From positions 37,138,001-37,202,000 of the forward strand of contig OX597830.1 of the NCBI GenBank assembly GCA_951406725.2: a stretch of DNA of 64,000 bases, in the 5' to 3' direction. Made by a program: the position numbers and the translations under genes. This document shows positions 39,187-55,443 of the stretch, piece after piece. The DNA comes from Octopus vulgaris. Lineage: Eukaryota. How positions within the stretch are numbered: position 1 is the stretch's first letter; every line of letters begins with the position of its first letter. The notes below the pieces were generated by a model. That model saw only the letters and a list, made by a program, of their open reading frames with translations. It had not been told where the DNA came from and did no database searches.

Positions 39187-40030
39187 AGAATGTATGTATG
39201 TTTGCATGCATTTATGCATGTATTTATTTACGTCATTATTTAGTCCCTTCCAAAAATTCTTGCCAATAGATAAAGAACCGGTTCTTAACCTAAATCCAAG
39301 TTCCTTCCTTGGAATTTCAACATGAGCAACAGGATAAATTTGTATGGATGTATATATGTATTTATGTATTTATGGATATAACTTGAACGCACTGCCGAAT
39401 TCATATCCTATTATGTTTTCTCGATCACCTTCTCACGCTTGTTTTACGACCTCTCCACCCCCACACATGAGTTTTGTTAATCACGCTAAAATTTAACCTT
39501 CTGAGAAAAAAAACAATGTAGAAACTATTTCTCCATTTTCTTTGTATTAGTAAACCTTGAAAATACACAAATGTCGACGGAAAATAATCAACCATTATTT
39601 TCTATATTGATTATTGAATTTAAAGTTTGCAATGATTAATCAAGAATCCCCGGTTATATTATATTAACGTATACAAGATGTTTATTACGATTTCCATAAT
39701 ATTTGCGAAATAACGAGTGTTGAATGATATTCGTAGGAAATATAATGAAACAATAAAACTCAGCAAAAATTTCAGAACAAGAGTTATAATTGTTTTTGTG
39801 TAATAAATTTAATCTTTTTGATTGAGAATAATTAGAATTGATTCCTCGATTGAAATTACGATTTGTTTCACCTGTTGAAAAAGATTAACAGCAACAAAAA
39901 AGAAAACAAGCATCATAGCAATATAATTCGATTCTAGAAAACATTCATGATTAATTCGTATTGTGTCGTAATATAGTTCCTATGACTACCTAACAATAAG
40001 ATTTTTACTGAATTATATGTCTGTATACAT

Positions 40031-40062
<32 letters not shown>

Positions 40063-40500
40063 TTAGAGACAAAACCACTATTTTGCAAAACAAACAAGGA
40101 AAGACTTAATCAATACATAAAATTTTAATATATATATACACACACACATATGTGTTTTTTTTATATGTCTTAGCCCTCCCAACCACTCAGACCCTCTGTA
40201 GAAGCCTAGAGGCACATTCAATATCCAAGCCTTGCCTGCTCATCCCTACATAACACTGAAGAGATGGAGATAACCTGGAAGATTCCGTATCCTCTTGGTA
40301 GAAACGGCCGTAAGGAACCCAAAACCTACTGACAATCTACTCATTTGCTCATTTACTCAATTAATCACCTGTTCCTATATGATTACATGCTTCCACACCC
40401 TTGTTCTTGCAATTATCAACTCTTTCTATTTGATATTCTGTACTACCAATAAATATGTATGTATTCATCTAATACAGTGGAATAAATACACTTACTAGAA

Positions 40501-40892
40501 TGTTTACCGGCTGATGTCTGTCGACTTTGTATCATCTCCATTATCTTATATGCCGTATAAATCAAGCGTAAATCCCTTTTTACCCCCGCCCATATATAAC
40601 ACTCATTTGCGAGATTGCGGCGCAATAGATAGCACACGGGTATGAATAATTGTCCACATTACCAGCTGTATATTTGTTGTGTGGACGCCCCAAGAAGATA
40701 AGTAGGCTAGTCCAATATGTATAAATAGTGGACGTGATTGCTAGTCAAAGAAGCGTCGAGTAGAGCGAACCGGAGCCATCGGTGGTCTAGACGTCGAGTT
40801 CTGTTGAGTCAAGTCGTCGGAAGTGAGATATCGGTAGTTGAGTAGAGGTACGTCATTGGCGAAGGTACGCCATCCGAACGTGCGATATAACA
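40501..40892 (+). mobile_element. Possible LTR fragment
   Basis: CpG-rich block starting TG and ending ...tataaCA, internal tataaata box near 40720; no TSD seen. Confidence 0.3.
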
Positions 40893-41556
40893 ACTTTGGA
40901 TAGGTGCTATCCCTTAGTTGGTTTCTCAACCTCTAACTCACACATATATATATATATATACTATAATGTACTGTAAATTTGTGGTTACTTTGAAATTTCG
41001 TTAGTTTCAAATGAAGACTGATGAATTGTCCTGAACATTCCCATTTGTATGGAGCAAGAAATTCTAAAATGCTTTTAAAATTAACTTTTACGAAATATAG
41101 ATAAACACGCATTTAATAAATTACATAAAAATATGGTTTTGTTTATTGAAATAATGAGGATTGGTGGTTACAAAATTTTCTTCATGTTTTGGTGTTATTA
41201 ATGATATTATTAATGCTAATTTTTATTTCATTTAAACCACACTTCATTACATTTTCGTATTCATGGTATTACTAATGTAAAGCATTTAATTACACATGTG
41301 TGAAACTCAATATCTATTTGTTGTTTTGATGCTGAAAGCAATTTATGAAACATAATTTCTCCACCACTCTTTGGCATGTGTATGTGTGTGTGTTTGTGAT
41401 TTTGTGTATGTATAACATTAATAATGATAAGGCGAATGGAGATTTTTGACTTCCATAAATTTTATTTAATAGTTATTTACAGTATGTTCTTCGGAGTGTG
41501 TTTCAATTGCAGTTATTGCACAATGCTGTATATGCAACCTTGCACCATCGTCGGTG

Positions 41557-41869
41557 CAGTTTCCTCAGGGTCCTTTACTCTAGACCCCATTGATTGCAAT
41601 TTTGTTCTGGTAGACCCTCATAACCATTCGACTAGTTTTATAGAAACTTCTTTCAAAATTTCTATTTTGTTTTTCACACATTCACTTGTGTAGGTTAGAA
41701 AAAGAAACCCCTTTCTTGCAGTACATTGCAAAACATACATCTAAAGCAAAATCTTTCAGAGACCCTTAAAATACTATGTTGATTTCAACTTTACTACTTT
41801 ATTTTGTGGACCCCCAAAAATCTTATATGTGCCCTCAGGGGTCACATGAACCCCGTTTGAAAACCACTG
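41557..41869. mobile_element. hAT-like MITE relic
   Basis: Right end ggggtcacatgaaccccgtttgaaaaccactg, repeated gacccc subterminal motifs, degenerate left end. Confidence 0.55.
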
Positions 41870-42364
41870 CACTAAACCGTTTCGAAGTAAACTGGATGAA
41901 TAAAGTGTCTTTTTGTTGGTGTTTAGTGGAGGGTAGGGGTGTTACTATTAATAGTCATAGGAATGTTGACCTAGGGTTCACCTTTATTATTGTTGAAGGT
42001 GAAGCGAAACATGGTTTTAAAAATAGACTGCCCCGATGATGGTGAAAGGTGGTATATCCAACAATGCGCAGTCGCTGCAATAAAACACATATTGGTTTGG
42101 AGAGTATGTTGTAAATAACTTTTATAAAATTTATGGATGTGAAAAATCCCTCTTCTCTTAATCATTATTAATGTCATTAATTGCTCGACGAAATATATGC
42201 AGTCCTGAAGAAATCACACGGAACTACCCAACAGGAGAAGTTACCAGTACCTAAGAACTCATCGTTAGCTCGAGTACTACATACGGACCGTTGTGGTTAA
42301 CCGGCATCTGAATTCAATGTGACAGAAAATACGCTACCCGATAGGTATATATATATATATATAT

Positions 42365-42910
42365 AAGACATAATGAGAGGGTAAAATGATAAAAAATAAT
42401 GAATTTTATCAGTGGCTAGCACATAAAAACCTTTTTGGTAAAATACATTTATAGAGATATATTATCTGTGTAGGGTACAATTATATTTAAGGGAGCAAAG
42501 CTATTTTCAGCATATCGGCGTAATAGATTTGTGCCCTTAATTACCATATACAGTTATATATCTCTATAAATGTATTTTACCTAAAATATTTTTATATGCT
42601 CGTCACTGAGAAAATTCATTAATTTTAATGATTTTATCATCTAATTATATTTTAAATATAACCCATTCACTTCGGGTCAGTTTATTTTTTCTGTAGTATA
42701 CTGACTAAATTCACGCGTGTTGAGGTAGACTGCGAAATTCGATGCGTATACATTTGTGAATATTTATATGTACTCGCATTTTGCGGATGCTTTTCTTAGG
42801 GTATATAAGGATATTTTCATTTATTTGGCCCAAGGTGTTTTGCTGATGAAAGAAAAGTTGGTAAACTAATCCAGTCATTGATCAAGCCAAAACTAAATGA
42901 ATTGTTTTAT
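42365..42910. mobile_element. Old Penelope-like element with ~140-bp-arm inverted terminus and decayed HHR
   Basis: ggtaaaatacatttatagagatatat / atatatctctataaatgtattttacc inverted arms (42365-42660); gttttg-CTGATGA...ttgatcaa..caaaac at ~42837-42893. Confidence 0.6.
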
Positions 42911-43030
42911 GAATTTTTACTCAGCCTGCATTCCAGCTTACAACCTGTGGAAGCAATTGTGGAGTGAATATTTGAAATGTTAGGACGTATTCGGCGTGTT
43001 CTTTCATCATATAGGCAAAATATCTTCTTT

Positions 43031-43101
<71 letters not shown>

Positions 43102-44603
43102 TGGCGAATCCCATCTAGAAAGGGATGGTGCTCAACGCCACATGCATCAAATACAAAGTTCTTGTTGAAATAAAGATTAAAAATCTATCAATGAATTGAA
43201 AAATATCAAGGTCAAATTTCTATAGCAGAAACTAAACACATGATGGAACTGAAAACTATAATTTTTTTTAAAATACGAGTGAATATTTTCCAAAATATTT
43301 CGATACCTTCACAAATGTCGGCTTCATTAAAAGCAATTACCACGCACATCAGACTGGTATGCCGCCTAATGATTGTTCAACAGATTAGATTCGCCAAGAG
43401 AGTCCCATACCATCTACTAGTCTCTTATGAAGCTGTATATTAATTTTCATCTTAAGACTTACTTGTTACACAAACAATTCTTAAGAATTATCTATGTCAA
43501 AGATAGATTGCTTTTTGTAGATTTTCTATAACACTAGATTCTTTTACGACACCCGCTGCTATTTAAGCTTAAATCTAGCTCCATGAATTAAATTTTAAGG
43601 GACTTTCTTTTTGCGCGTATTTTGCTCATTTCAGAGGTGAGAAACCGATGTATTTTCAATAAGGAAAGCTATTCTCTCTCCGAGTGTGATGCTTTGCACA
43701 ATATGATCGTTAGTCTCCAGGGACATAATGTACACAGCTTGCATTAATAGTATTTCATCATGTGATATGCATAACCTAGCGTTCCATTGAGAGTACTCAG
43801 AGGTATTTCAGCTTGCATACCTTATTCGTTATTAATTTACAATAAGATTACTTCAAATTCCATTTCGCTGAACTGAGGAGTCCCATGTGAAATACTGAGT
43901 TACATGTTTCTTTCTGCAATATGCCATACATTAATTCTGCAACGATCGGAACCCCCTTTGGAGTGAATTTCATAATGATGACATATTTGAAAATTATAGA
44001 TCGAGATTATAATACCATTTTATTGCGCAACATAATATTTGCCACATGAACAAGATACATATGAAATGAAGTAAAGAATCTACTTGTCCATAGTCATAAT
44101 ATGACATTCACACGACAACGTGGTCTCTGGATATCTGATTTTGGAATTAGATTGGCGTGTTGATGCAGCGCTTCATTCAATCTGTCTTCGTGAGCGACTG
44201 TTTAAGTGTAGAAAGCGGAAATGAGCAGAGTAGTGCGGTGGGCGTTACACCATTTACATCACTAAGTAAAGTTGCTTTACATTTGCTGTTGATATGACGA
44301 CATTGAAGCTTTGACATCGTTATGAATGAACATGGAATCCCTACTTTTAATTATTTTCAGTCGGCATATGAATCGACATAGCATGATGTTTGTTTTCCTA
44401 CACCTAATATGTTTCTTGAGAGATTGGCTTCCGTTAGTGGTATGCATGTCGCTTAATGCTTTGTAAAGGTATAGAATTCTACGAGTGTTTTCAATTGTAA
44501 AGCACATCTAGCATTAAATTATTAAACTGTTCCCTTTAGTTTTGGTAAATGTCAAAACAACGAAGATTGCTCCACTGTTTTTGCGCTAACATTGATATCT
44601 TGT

Positions 44604-44820
44604 AGGGCTGCGAGCTGGCAGAATGGTTAGCACGCCGAGGAAAATGCTTAGCGGCATTTCGTCCGTCTTTATGATGTGAGTTCAGATTCTGCCGTGGTCA
44701 TCGATGCCTTTCATCCTTTCGGGGTCGATAAAATGAGTACCAGTTGAGCACTGGGAACGATGTAATCGACTTAACCCCTCCCTTGGAATTGCTGGCCCTA
44801 TGCCATGATTTGAAACCAAT
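44604..44820 (+). mobile_element. SINE family B variant (alternative tail)
   Basis: gcgagctggcagaatggttagc...gcctttcatcctttcggggtcgataaaatgagtacc...tttgaaacca. Confidence 0.88.
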
Positions 44821-46289
44821 ATAAATATATTGTTATCGTGCGACTGTTGCATTTTTCTCATACTTCTTGTACATCTATTTTTGGAAAATCATGCAGTATA
44901 TACCACTTAGATTTCAACTAGGTGTACTTTCTTCTGCTTCTATTCATCCACAATAATAAATAGTACAAAATACATATAGTATACATATAGTATAGCTACA
45001 TATCAAAGTTAGATGTGCAGGCTCAGTTGCATCTATTCTTATAACTATTGCCTATAATGAAATTGATTTAAGCTGTTCCACAATACTTTCAACCACTTTG
45101 CTGCTCTGAGGAACCTCCTATTAAACAAGATCCTGTACATCAATTCGTCATAACAATAAATTAACTGATGTTTCATGTATTTTTAGATAAAAGTTTACTT
45201 TGAAAAACGTTTTAATAATTTGCTTTATTAAATCATGTAATATATTCTTTGAAAAGAGTACAACATGAATATTTTCTACAACATTGTTTTGCTTAATCAT
45301 ACGTCAGCATTTTCACAAAGATAAAACATATTTTATTTGCTAATAAAATGTGTTTTTGAATCAAAAATGAAAATTCTTGACGTATTTTCAATCGAATAAA
45401 TTATTCTTGCTCTTTATGTATTTTCTTATTCAAATTGATTAAATATGTACGTCATAAATCGGAAAAATATACATATTCCAGCAGTTTTCAACTTCGTCAA
45501 CTCCGACTGAACACATGAATACATAATTGAGAAAAGAATACAAAATTTATCACAAAGTCGCCTTCCTAGAGCAGTTTATTATAAATTACCTGTCAGATAA
45601 ATTTCTCAGCTCGTCACAAGAAATAAATCATCCATTTATATTATATATCACATAAAGTAAATGAATGTTTTTTCATCCTTCTCATTTCATAACCCTATAA
45701 TAGCATGAGATAATTACACGTATTTTGTTGCACAGATTTTCTTTTAGTTTATAACTATCCTTGTTGCAAACATACATATTTGTTAAGCGTCGAATAACAT
45801 ATGAGAAAATTATATAGTAGATATAATTATTTTAGAATATAGCATTAATCTCTTATTCCCAATTGTTACAGGAAGTCAAATAAAAGTTTAAAAAATCACG
45901 CCAAAAAAGATTGAGGGCATGTATATTATACCCTAAATAAATACAAAAATCACTTGTATTTAAATAAGAATAAATATAGCAATATTAACATATAAGAATA
46001 TGTTGCTGGTAAGTTGCATAACTTGTTTCCAATCGAAAATAAAAGTATTAATTTTCAGTAATTCTTGACAGCGAATAGAACAGAGTAGCATCTAACAAAT
46101 GAGATCCAGATAAGAAATCAATGATATGTTGTCAGAAATGAACGTTCAAATTCAGTGGTAGTTGCTAACTAAACAAGTATACAAAATGAAAACATCGTTT
46201 ATTGAAACATAAAGGAATTCATTTACATAAGATTTACATAGAAGGAACGATGAACAGACATGAAAATACAGAAGCACACGCGTACATAT

Positions 46290-46689
46290 ATTCTCTTTAT
46301 CTCTCTTACTTGTTTCAGTCATTTGACTGTGGCCATGCTGGAGCACCGCCTTTAGTCGAACAAATCGACCCCTAGGACTTATTCTTTGTAAGCCTAGTAC
46401 TTATTCTATGGGACACTTTTGCCGAACCGCTAAGTGACGAGGACGTGAACAAACCAGCATCGGTTGTCAAGCGATGTTGGGGGAACACACACACACATAT
46501 ACATATATATACATATACATGTATACGACAGGCTTCTTTCAGTTTCCATCTACCAAATCCACTCACAAGGCTATGGTCGGCCCGAGGCTATAGTAGAAGA
46601 CACTTGCCCAAGGTGCCACGCAGTGGGATTGAACCAGGAACCACGTGGTTGGTAAGCAAGCTACTTACCACACAGCCACTCCTACGCCT
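46290..46689 (-). mobile_element. SINE family A, full length
   Basis: Complete head, body and tail. Confidence 0.92.
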
Positions 46690-46704
46690 ATATATATATG
46701 TATA

Positions 46705-46935
46705 TAGTAAGTTTGGATGTTGCATTCAAAATCGCTTCATCATGGTTTCAATTCCCCGAGCGGGTGGTGTTTAGTGTTCTTGAGCAAAACACTGCATTTC
46801 ACGTTGGTCAGGTCCATTCAGCTGTAAATGAATAATGCTGCGTTGGGCTGGCATCCCGTTCATGGGAGATGTTGTAATCCCAGCAACTTAGACGCCTTGG
46901 AAACCAGGTAACCGGACGGTGAGACCTAGGACACG
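46705..46935 (+). mobile_element. Degenerate SINE related to the 32990-33212 element
   Basis: gtgttcttgagcaaaacactgcatttcacgttgg...cagctgtaaatga...ctggcatcccgttc. Confidence 0.65.
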
Positions 46936-47705
46936 AGTCAAATATTTATGTACATATATATTTGAGTGTTTGGGTGTATGTCTATATTCTACTAACCTCT
47001 TTCCTTTTCATATAAATAACGCGTATTTAGCCGTGTCACCTATGTACTGAATATTTATATTTTAGTATTCCACCTCTTCCTGCTGTCATATTCAGTCATC
47101 CATTTTGATTTTGTGTTTGATAATCAATGAAAAGTTTAGAGCAATAAGTCGTGATTTCTAACCAAAGAACATAATTTTCCTAGAGGTATTTTCGTTATTT
47201 CTGAAAAAAAAAAATACATAGCCAATTCTTGAAATTTCAAAAGCTATTTTCATGAATAGAAATTTCGACCACACAATCATACTTCGAAGTATCGATATAC
47301 ACTACCACACACATACATTGATACAAGCTCATGGAGTTACTTTTAATATGTATGTGTGAATGTGTATGTGTGCGTGTGTCTGAGTCTATGTATGTATGTA
47401 TGTATGCATGTATGTATGTATGTATGTATGTATGTAGGTTATCTATCAATTCATTACAGTTAATGACATTAATTTCGTCGCTTTGACTTCCTAATATAAT
47501 GCTAGGCTGCATCATTATATGGTTCATCAAACATACGACAAACTTGTAGGCACAACGAGGAAGATTCCGTTGACGAAAATCATCTATTGCAATAAAAATA
47601 TATTGTGTTGAATTGATTTCTTTAATAATTGTACTCCGCGCATATTAATTAGTAATAAAACTGGATTTTTTGTTTATTCATGACTTAAAGAATAATATAT
47701 TTAAT

Positions 47706-47752
<47 letters not shown>

Positions 47753-47806
47753 ATACATATATGTACATATATATATATTTATTATATATATGTACATATA
47801 TATATA

Positions 47807-47885
<79 letters not shown>

Positions 47886-50170
47886 CAAGACATACGCACT
47901 TGGGCGTGAACACTAACATCCATGAATACACCATAAACACTTACATATATATGAACCAAATCGTGTGTATGAATTTAATTTTCTTATCTAAATGCGACTC
48001 GGACATAAAGCCCATTAATCGTTATAAATACTTCAATGAATAAATATTTAAATGAAGTGTCAGAAGAGACAACGGCATTTATGTTATTTTTACTGTAGCA
48101 GAAACATATTTATAGAACGGAATTGTCTTTTTATTGACTCAAGAATAAGCTATAAAATATTTGAACGAAAAAAAAAAAATAAAGTAAAACAAATTAGCAA
48201 TCAAATATTTTTACGTCAACCTTTGGGCATCATGTACTCCTAATGAAATGGTTTCACTTTATAAAAGATCCTTGGGAATATATTTATATCAAATTGTGTA
48301 TTTGTGTGTATTAGAGTCATAAAAGATATGAAGAAATGGATGGAGACTTTAATATCGTAATTATGTGATAAATAGTAAATGAGAAATCACTTGAAGATAT
48401 ATAGAGTTAGATAAGTTTTATTACTTCTGGTAGGAAAATCTCAAAGAAATCCACGTCGGAAAGCACCAGGAAAATGATTATAAATACCGAGAGGATTTTG
48501 ATTTTCGTTTTTCAGTTTTCTTTTATAGATACCTTTAACATTTGTCAATCTCGTATTGTAAATTTGAAGAGAAATCTCGAACTGTCGATTGAATAGGGTA
48601 GAGATAGCTATTCTATCATCAGCACTTCAATGTGTCTGCAGCGAACGTATTTAATTCCATTCTTCTTGAAGATCCATAAGATATCGATATAATTGAGCGG
48701 ATTCAATCATCTTTACACTATCTCTTTCAAAATTCAAGTTCTGTGATTATTAAAAAAGGATACTATTTCTTGAGACAGAGCAGACAATAAATTAGATATA
48801 ACTCTATCCATACTTGAAGCATTTTGTCGCCTTGTGTCAATATATTTGAGAATAGCACGACCTATAATATTCACCAATCACTTTATGAATTTCAGCTTTC
48901 CACGAATGTTACCTTACAGCAATATATATAATTTTGTGTGGATAAAATTTCAAAATTTTTTCACTTAATACTATCAAATAGTAAGTGTATTTCTAAACCA
49001 ATAAATGTTGATTACACTATGTAATCTATTTTTACATTACACAAATCCTTATATTATACGACAGCAACTGAAGCGTTTGCGATAGTTTCATTGTTATTAA
49101 CAGGAATTGAAGTGAAACAACTTTTACACTTAGAAGCAAAATGTTATCAAGAGAGACGATCCAATATATAAGCGACATATTTTAAACCTAGCGGGACTAT
49201 GAAGCAAATTTGATACACATTTAAACATATTTTATTTCACTTCGACTAATCTGAGAAAAGCATTAACATTACATTTTTCCTTTTCACTCTTACTATTAGT
49301 GATGACATATTCTTGGTAGATAAGAAATCTATATTAACCATTAAGGTTCCAGGTACTGTACAACAAGATCTAAGGTTCTGTTTACTTTTGACTACGGCAC
49401 ATATTATTTTTAGTCTTATTAAATTTGTTTTTTGTGTCTTAACAAGAAAAGAAGGCTGGTGCCAGTGGCTCGAATGAGACCTCCGTGACTTTACCTAGAA
49501 CACTGAACACTCCCACCAAATATATCAATGACCAAAAAGCCGTGTTAAACTCGAGTAATTTACTAAGTCCACTACTCAGGAGAATTCATTTAATTTTATT
49601 CTTAATGTTAAAAATCTCTTTAACATCAATCAGTTATATGTGTAGGAAATGCACATCCATTACATCATACCACTTGCTTTCTTCTTTCATCATTAGACTT
49701 TGTTCTTAAGTGATACGAATCGATGTTAGTAACTGATATTAGCTCCCTTCAGTGTGTGTTATTGAAATTAAAATATAACCTCGCATTCTGTTCTGTCATT
49801 CCTCAAGTTTTATTTTAAAAAAATATTTTAGTCATTGAATTGCAGCCATGCTTAGACATTGCTTTCTGTCCAGTACCCATTTTATCGATATTTACCAAGT
49901 GATTGCGTTATTAGGTATAACATGGGCTTTTTACTGTGGGCTTGGTAGAAAAAACAGAAATACAAACATATGCTGATGCAAAATTGTAAATACTCAAGAA
50001 CAGACATATACACAAATACACACACATGAACATGCACTCGCATACGTACACGTCTACGCACGCACACATACACACACCCACATATACATAAGCACGCTCT
50101 CAAATGCAAAAGCAGTTTCCATATACGAAATTTAACTGAAATAGACCAGCAGGAAAGATATAATGTAAGG

Positions 50171-50210
<40 letters not shown>

Positions 50211-50509
50211 ACACATACATAAGTACAGCATCGATTTTCCGGAATGTGCAGTTCCAGTATATTTCCGGATTACTGTTTCTTCCTGAATCAAGGGCTGTCA
50301 CATTAGTCTACACATGTTAAATGAAAGAAATATTAAATCTCCTTAAATAATAAAAGGAAAATCAGGTACCTTAACACTGGAGTTAATCAGTGTGGATTAT
50401 AAGATGTTCTATGCTATCAGTGTCCGAAAGACTCTGTAATACCTATTTTCCGTTAATATCTCGAATCATAAGAACCATTGGTAATTAGGAAATATATCAA
50501 TTGTTTCTA

Positions 50510-50742
50510 AGGCGCCGAGATTTGCAGAATCATTAGCATACCGGGTAAAATGTTTAGCAGCGTTTCGTCCGTCTTTTCGTCCAAATTCTGCCGAGGTTGA
50601 CATTGCTTTGCGTCCTTTCGAAGTCGACGAAATAAGACCAGTTGTGTACCGGAGTCTATGCAATCGACTTGCTGCCCTTGTGCCTCGAAACTGCTGGTGT
50701 TGTGCTTCGAAACGGCTGCTCTTGTGCTCAAATTTAAAACCA
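50510..50742 (+). mobile_element. SINE family B variant, degenerate
   Basis: ggcgccgagatttgcagaatcattagc...aaattctgccgaggttgac...aaatttaaaacca. Confidence 0.8.
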
Positions 50743-51776
50743 GTATATTGAGAGGTTCTAATATCTGAATTTTCTGCTTGACTATATCTAATGGAATTCC
50801 ATGCTGATATTACCCAAACTAACCTATGTTATAATACATACATGTATACATGCATACATACATAAACACACATACACACATCATTATCATTTTTATCAAA
50901 TGTGTAACACTGTGAAATAGATAATTCCTCTATGTAATTTTCATTTTAAAATATTTGTTTGTAAGCTGGGTCCGTGCTCTTGATATTCCTAAATCCCCCG
51001 AAACTAGTGGATCTAGTGGTTTATATTCATATTGAAAATGGAAATAAAACGCCCACTAAATACATAAAGTGGATGTGTCTGTGGGTCAAGGTTTCGGAGG
51101 AGATAAGATATATGTGGTCGTTAGTGATGGAAAAGTTTGGTCGGTGGGTATAATATATGAAAAAAAAGAATGAAATAGTGAAGCAGATAGAATTTCCTGA
51201 TTGAAGGTACTGCAAGGCTGTAAAGCCACAAAGCAAACAAATATAAGGGTTAGCAAATCTGTGAACAAATATTGAAGTGCGTTGGTGAGGATGTTTCCTG
51301 TCTATTGGCTTCCTATGCGCTATGTAAGGCGCCTGTGTATGACAAGTGCATCCTCTGAAATGTGGGAACAAATCAATGGGGAGATTTTTAGTTATTGAGG
51401 TTTAAGAATGTCGCGCATTCCAACAGGAATATCAATTTTTGCGGTGCTATGTTCATGATGTACGTTCACCAACAGAGATCTTCAGAGCAGAGTGCACGTT
51501 AAACTTAATATTGATGAGGATTTTGAGGTTTTAGTTACGTGCTCTTGTTTAGGAGAGAGTACGTTATTATTGTTCCAATATGCGTAGTAATTATGTATTT
51601 GTACTATGGAAGAAATTCAGATTGACATGATCCTACTGGAGCGTGTTTTCAAAATTCGTGTTTAAAGAATCAGGGAAGTGCTTAGATTGTCATCTAACTG
51701 GAAGCCAGCAGCTTCAGACGCCACACAGGGATGAAATTATGAAGGCATTATATAGTTTTTACATCGATATTCACAC

Positions 51777-52820
<1,044 letters not shown>

Positions 52821-52924
52821 AAGTAAATCCAAAGTAAGTTGAGAAACTCTAGAAATCAAAGCATGTCGAAAAGCCCATCCAAGCCAATACCACGAATATA
52901 TATATATGGTTAATATATATGTAT

Positions 52925-52956
<32 letters not shown>

Positions 52957-53006
52957 GAATGCGCTTATATATATGCGTGTATATATGTATGTATGTATGT
53001 ATATAT

Positions 53007-53068
<62 letters not shown>

Positions 53069-53421
53069 GCATGCGTGTGTTTCTGCATGTAAGTTTGTGG
53101 AATCATATTTGTGTAAAAGGGAAGATCTAGGCCAGATCAACTGACAATGTAGAGAGGCAAAATATATCTATGAAACTTTCAGTGTTGAAGTTGTGCTGAA
53201 TCAAATATGGCATATCGTTACTTCTGGGCGAATGAAATAAATAGTATTATTATACAAAGGTAAATCAAAAAGAGTAGCCACCATTTTATTTCAATCCCGC
53301 TATTACAGTTATATGTAATTAAGGAGTGATTATTGTCAAAGTGGATTTAATATTGGAACTGAAAACTGTCCAACGATATACATGAATCGTCAATTACATT
53401 GACACTTTTCACTTCGTCCAT

Positions 53422-53593
53422 TTCTTCTTCTTCTTCTTCTTCTTCTTCTTCTTCTTCTTCTTCTTCTTCTTCTTCTTCTTCTTCTTCTTCTTCTTCTTCT
53501 TCTTCTTCTTCTTCTTCTTCTTCTTCTTCTTCTTCTTCTTCTTCTTCTTCTTCTTCTTCTTCTTCTCCTCCTCCTCATGCTCCTCCTCCTCCT
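53422..53593. repeat. (TTC)n/(TCC)n microsatellite
   Basis: Direct reading. Confidence 0.97.
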
Positions 53594-53644
53594 GCCCTCT
53601 GTATGTACGTATGTACACACATACCTATAAATCTATCTATCTAC

Positions 53645-53683
<39 letters not shown>

Positions 53684-53774
53684 TATGCTTACGTACACGC
53701 ATACATGCATACACACACACGCACGTATAAATGAACGATTTCTCTCTATATATAAATATATGTATATACATTCA

Positions 53775-53839
<65 letters not shown>

Positions 53840-54650
53840 TGTCTCTCCTTCAAAATTCATATGCTGTTCCATCAAATATTGAAATGGAATTGGAAGTATC
53901 AGAGGCGCCAGACACAACATAGAAATTCAAAGCAGTAGAAGCAAGAGAGACAAGTATTATAATATTCGCTCTGCCATTATGACACTTTACGTGATTATTG
54001 ATAACTCTGAGCTAACTGAAAGTTCTTATAAAGTGTCTTTAGTTATTGTATCATTGATGTTAAAATATCCATTATAACAGGTCGAAAGTCGGGATACATA
54101 TCAATTCTGATTCGTGTGGCCATATCAAAAATGAAAGTTTTGATATGTACAAGATTACGAAAATTATCAAATCTGACAGGACCAGGCTCATGGAAATTGG
54201 AATCTTGACGTTTGAAAATGAAGAAAATTATCAATACTATCAGGTGCAGTGTCATCAAGCCCATAAATTCTGACCAGCAAGAGAGACTACGAAGTAGTCT
54301 CTGTTGTGTAATAGTATCATGCATTTATATCAGAGAAGTAACGATAAATATGTCATGTGTCGGGAAGAAAAGCCTTTAGAAATATGGGGTATTATGTTCT
54401 CGAATTCAATTCGAATCTCTTTTCATTAAACTAAAGTAATAAATGCGCACATGTCCTACATACTGAACGCATCAAACTTATATCTCTTACTTAGTGGATT
54501 TTCGTATGTTTTCTTCCAGACTCCATTTTCTTTTTCTGGTGTTGCAGAAATAATATTGATGAGTCTCGTAAACAATGAGTCTACCATGCCTCTTTCCTGC
54601 TAACTCCTTCTGTCTACAAACATGCATATGTACATTTATATAAGTGTATG

Positions 54651-54965
<315 letters not shown>

Positions 54966-55103
54966 TTGAAGAATAAAGTGCAGTTTACTTCTGGGCTGTG
55001 GAGAATATTAGATAGGTATAGTCTTCTGTTAACTGAACTTACTTCCATAAAATTTATATATATATATATATTGATAGATAGACAGATAGATCTCTCTAAC
55101 TAA

Positions 55104-55443
<340 letters not shown>

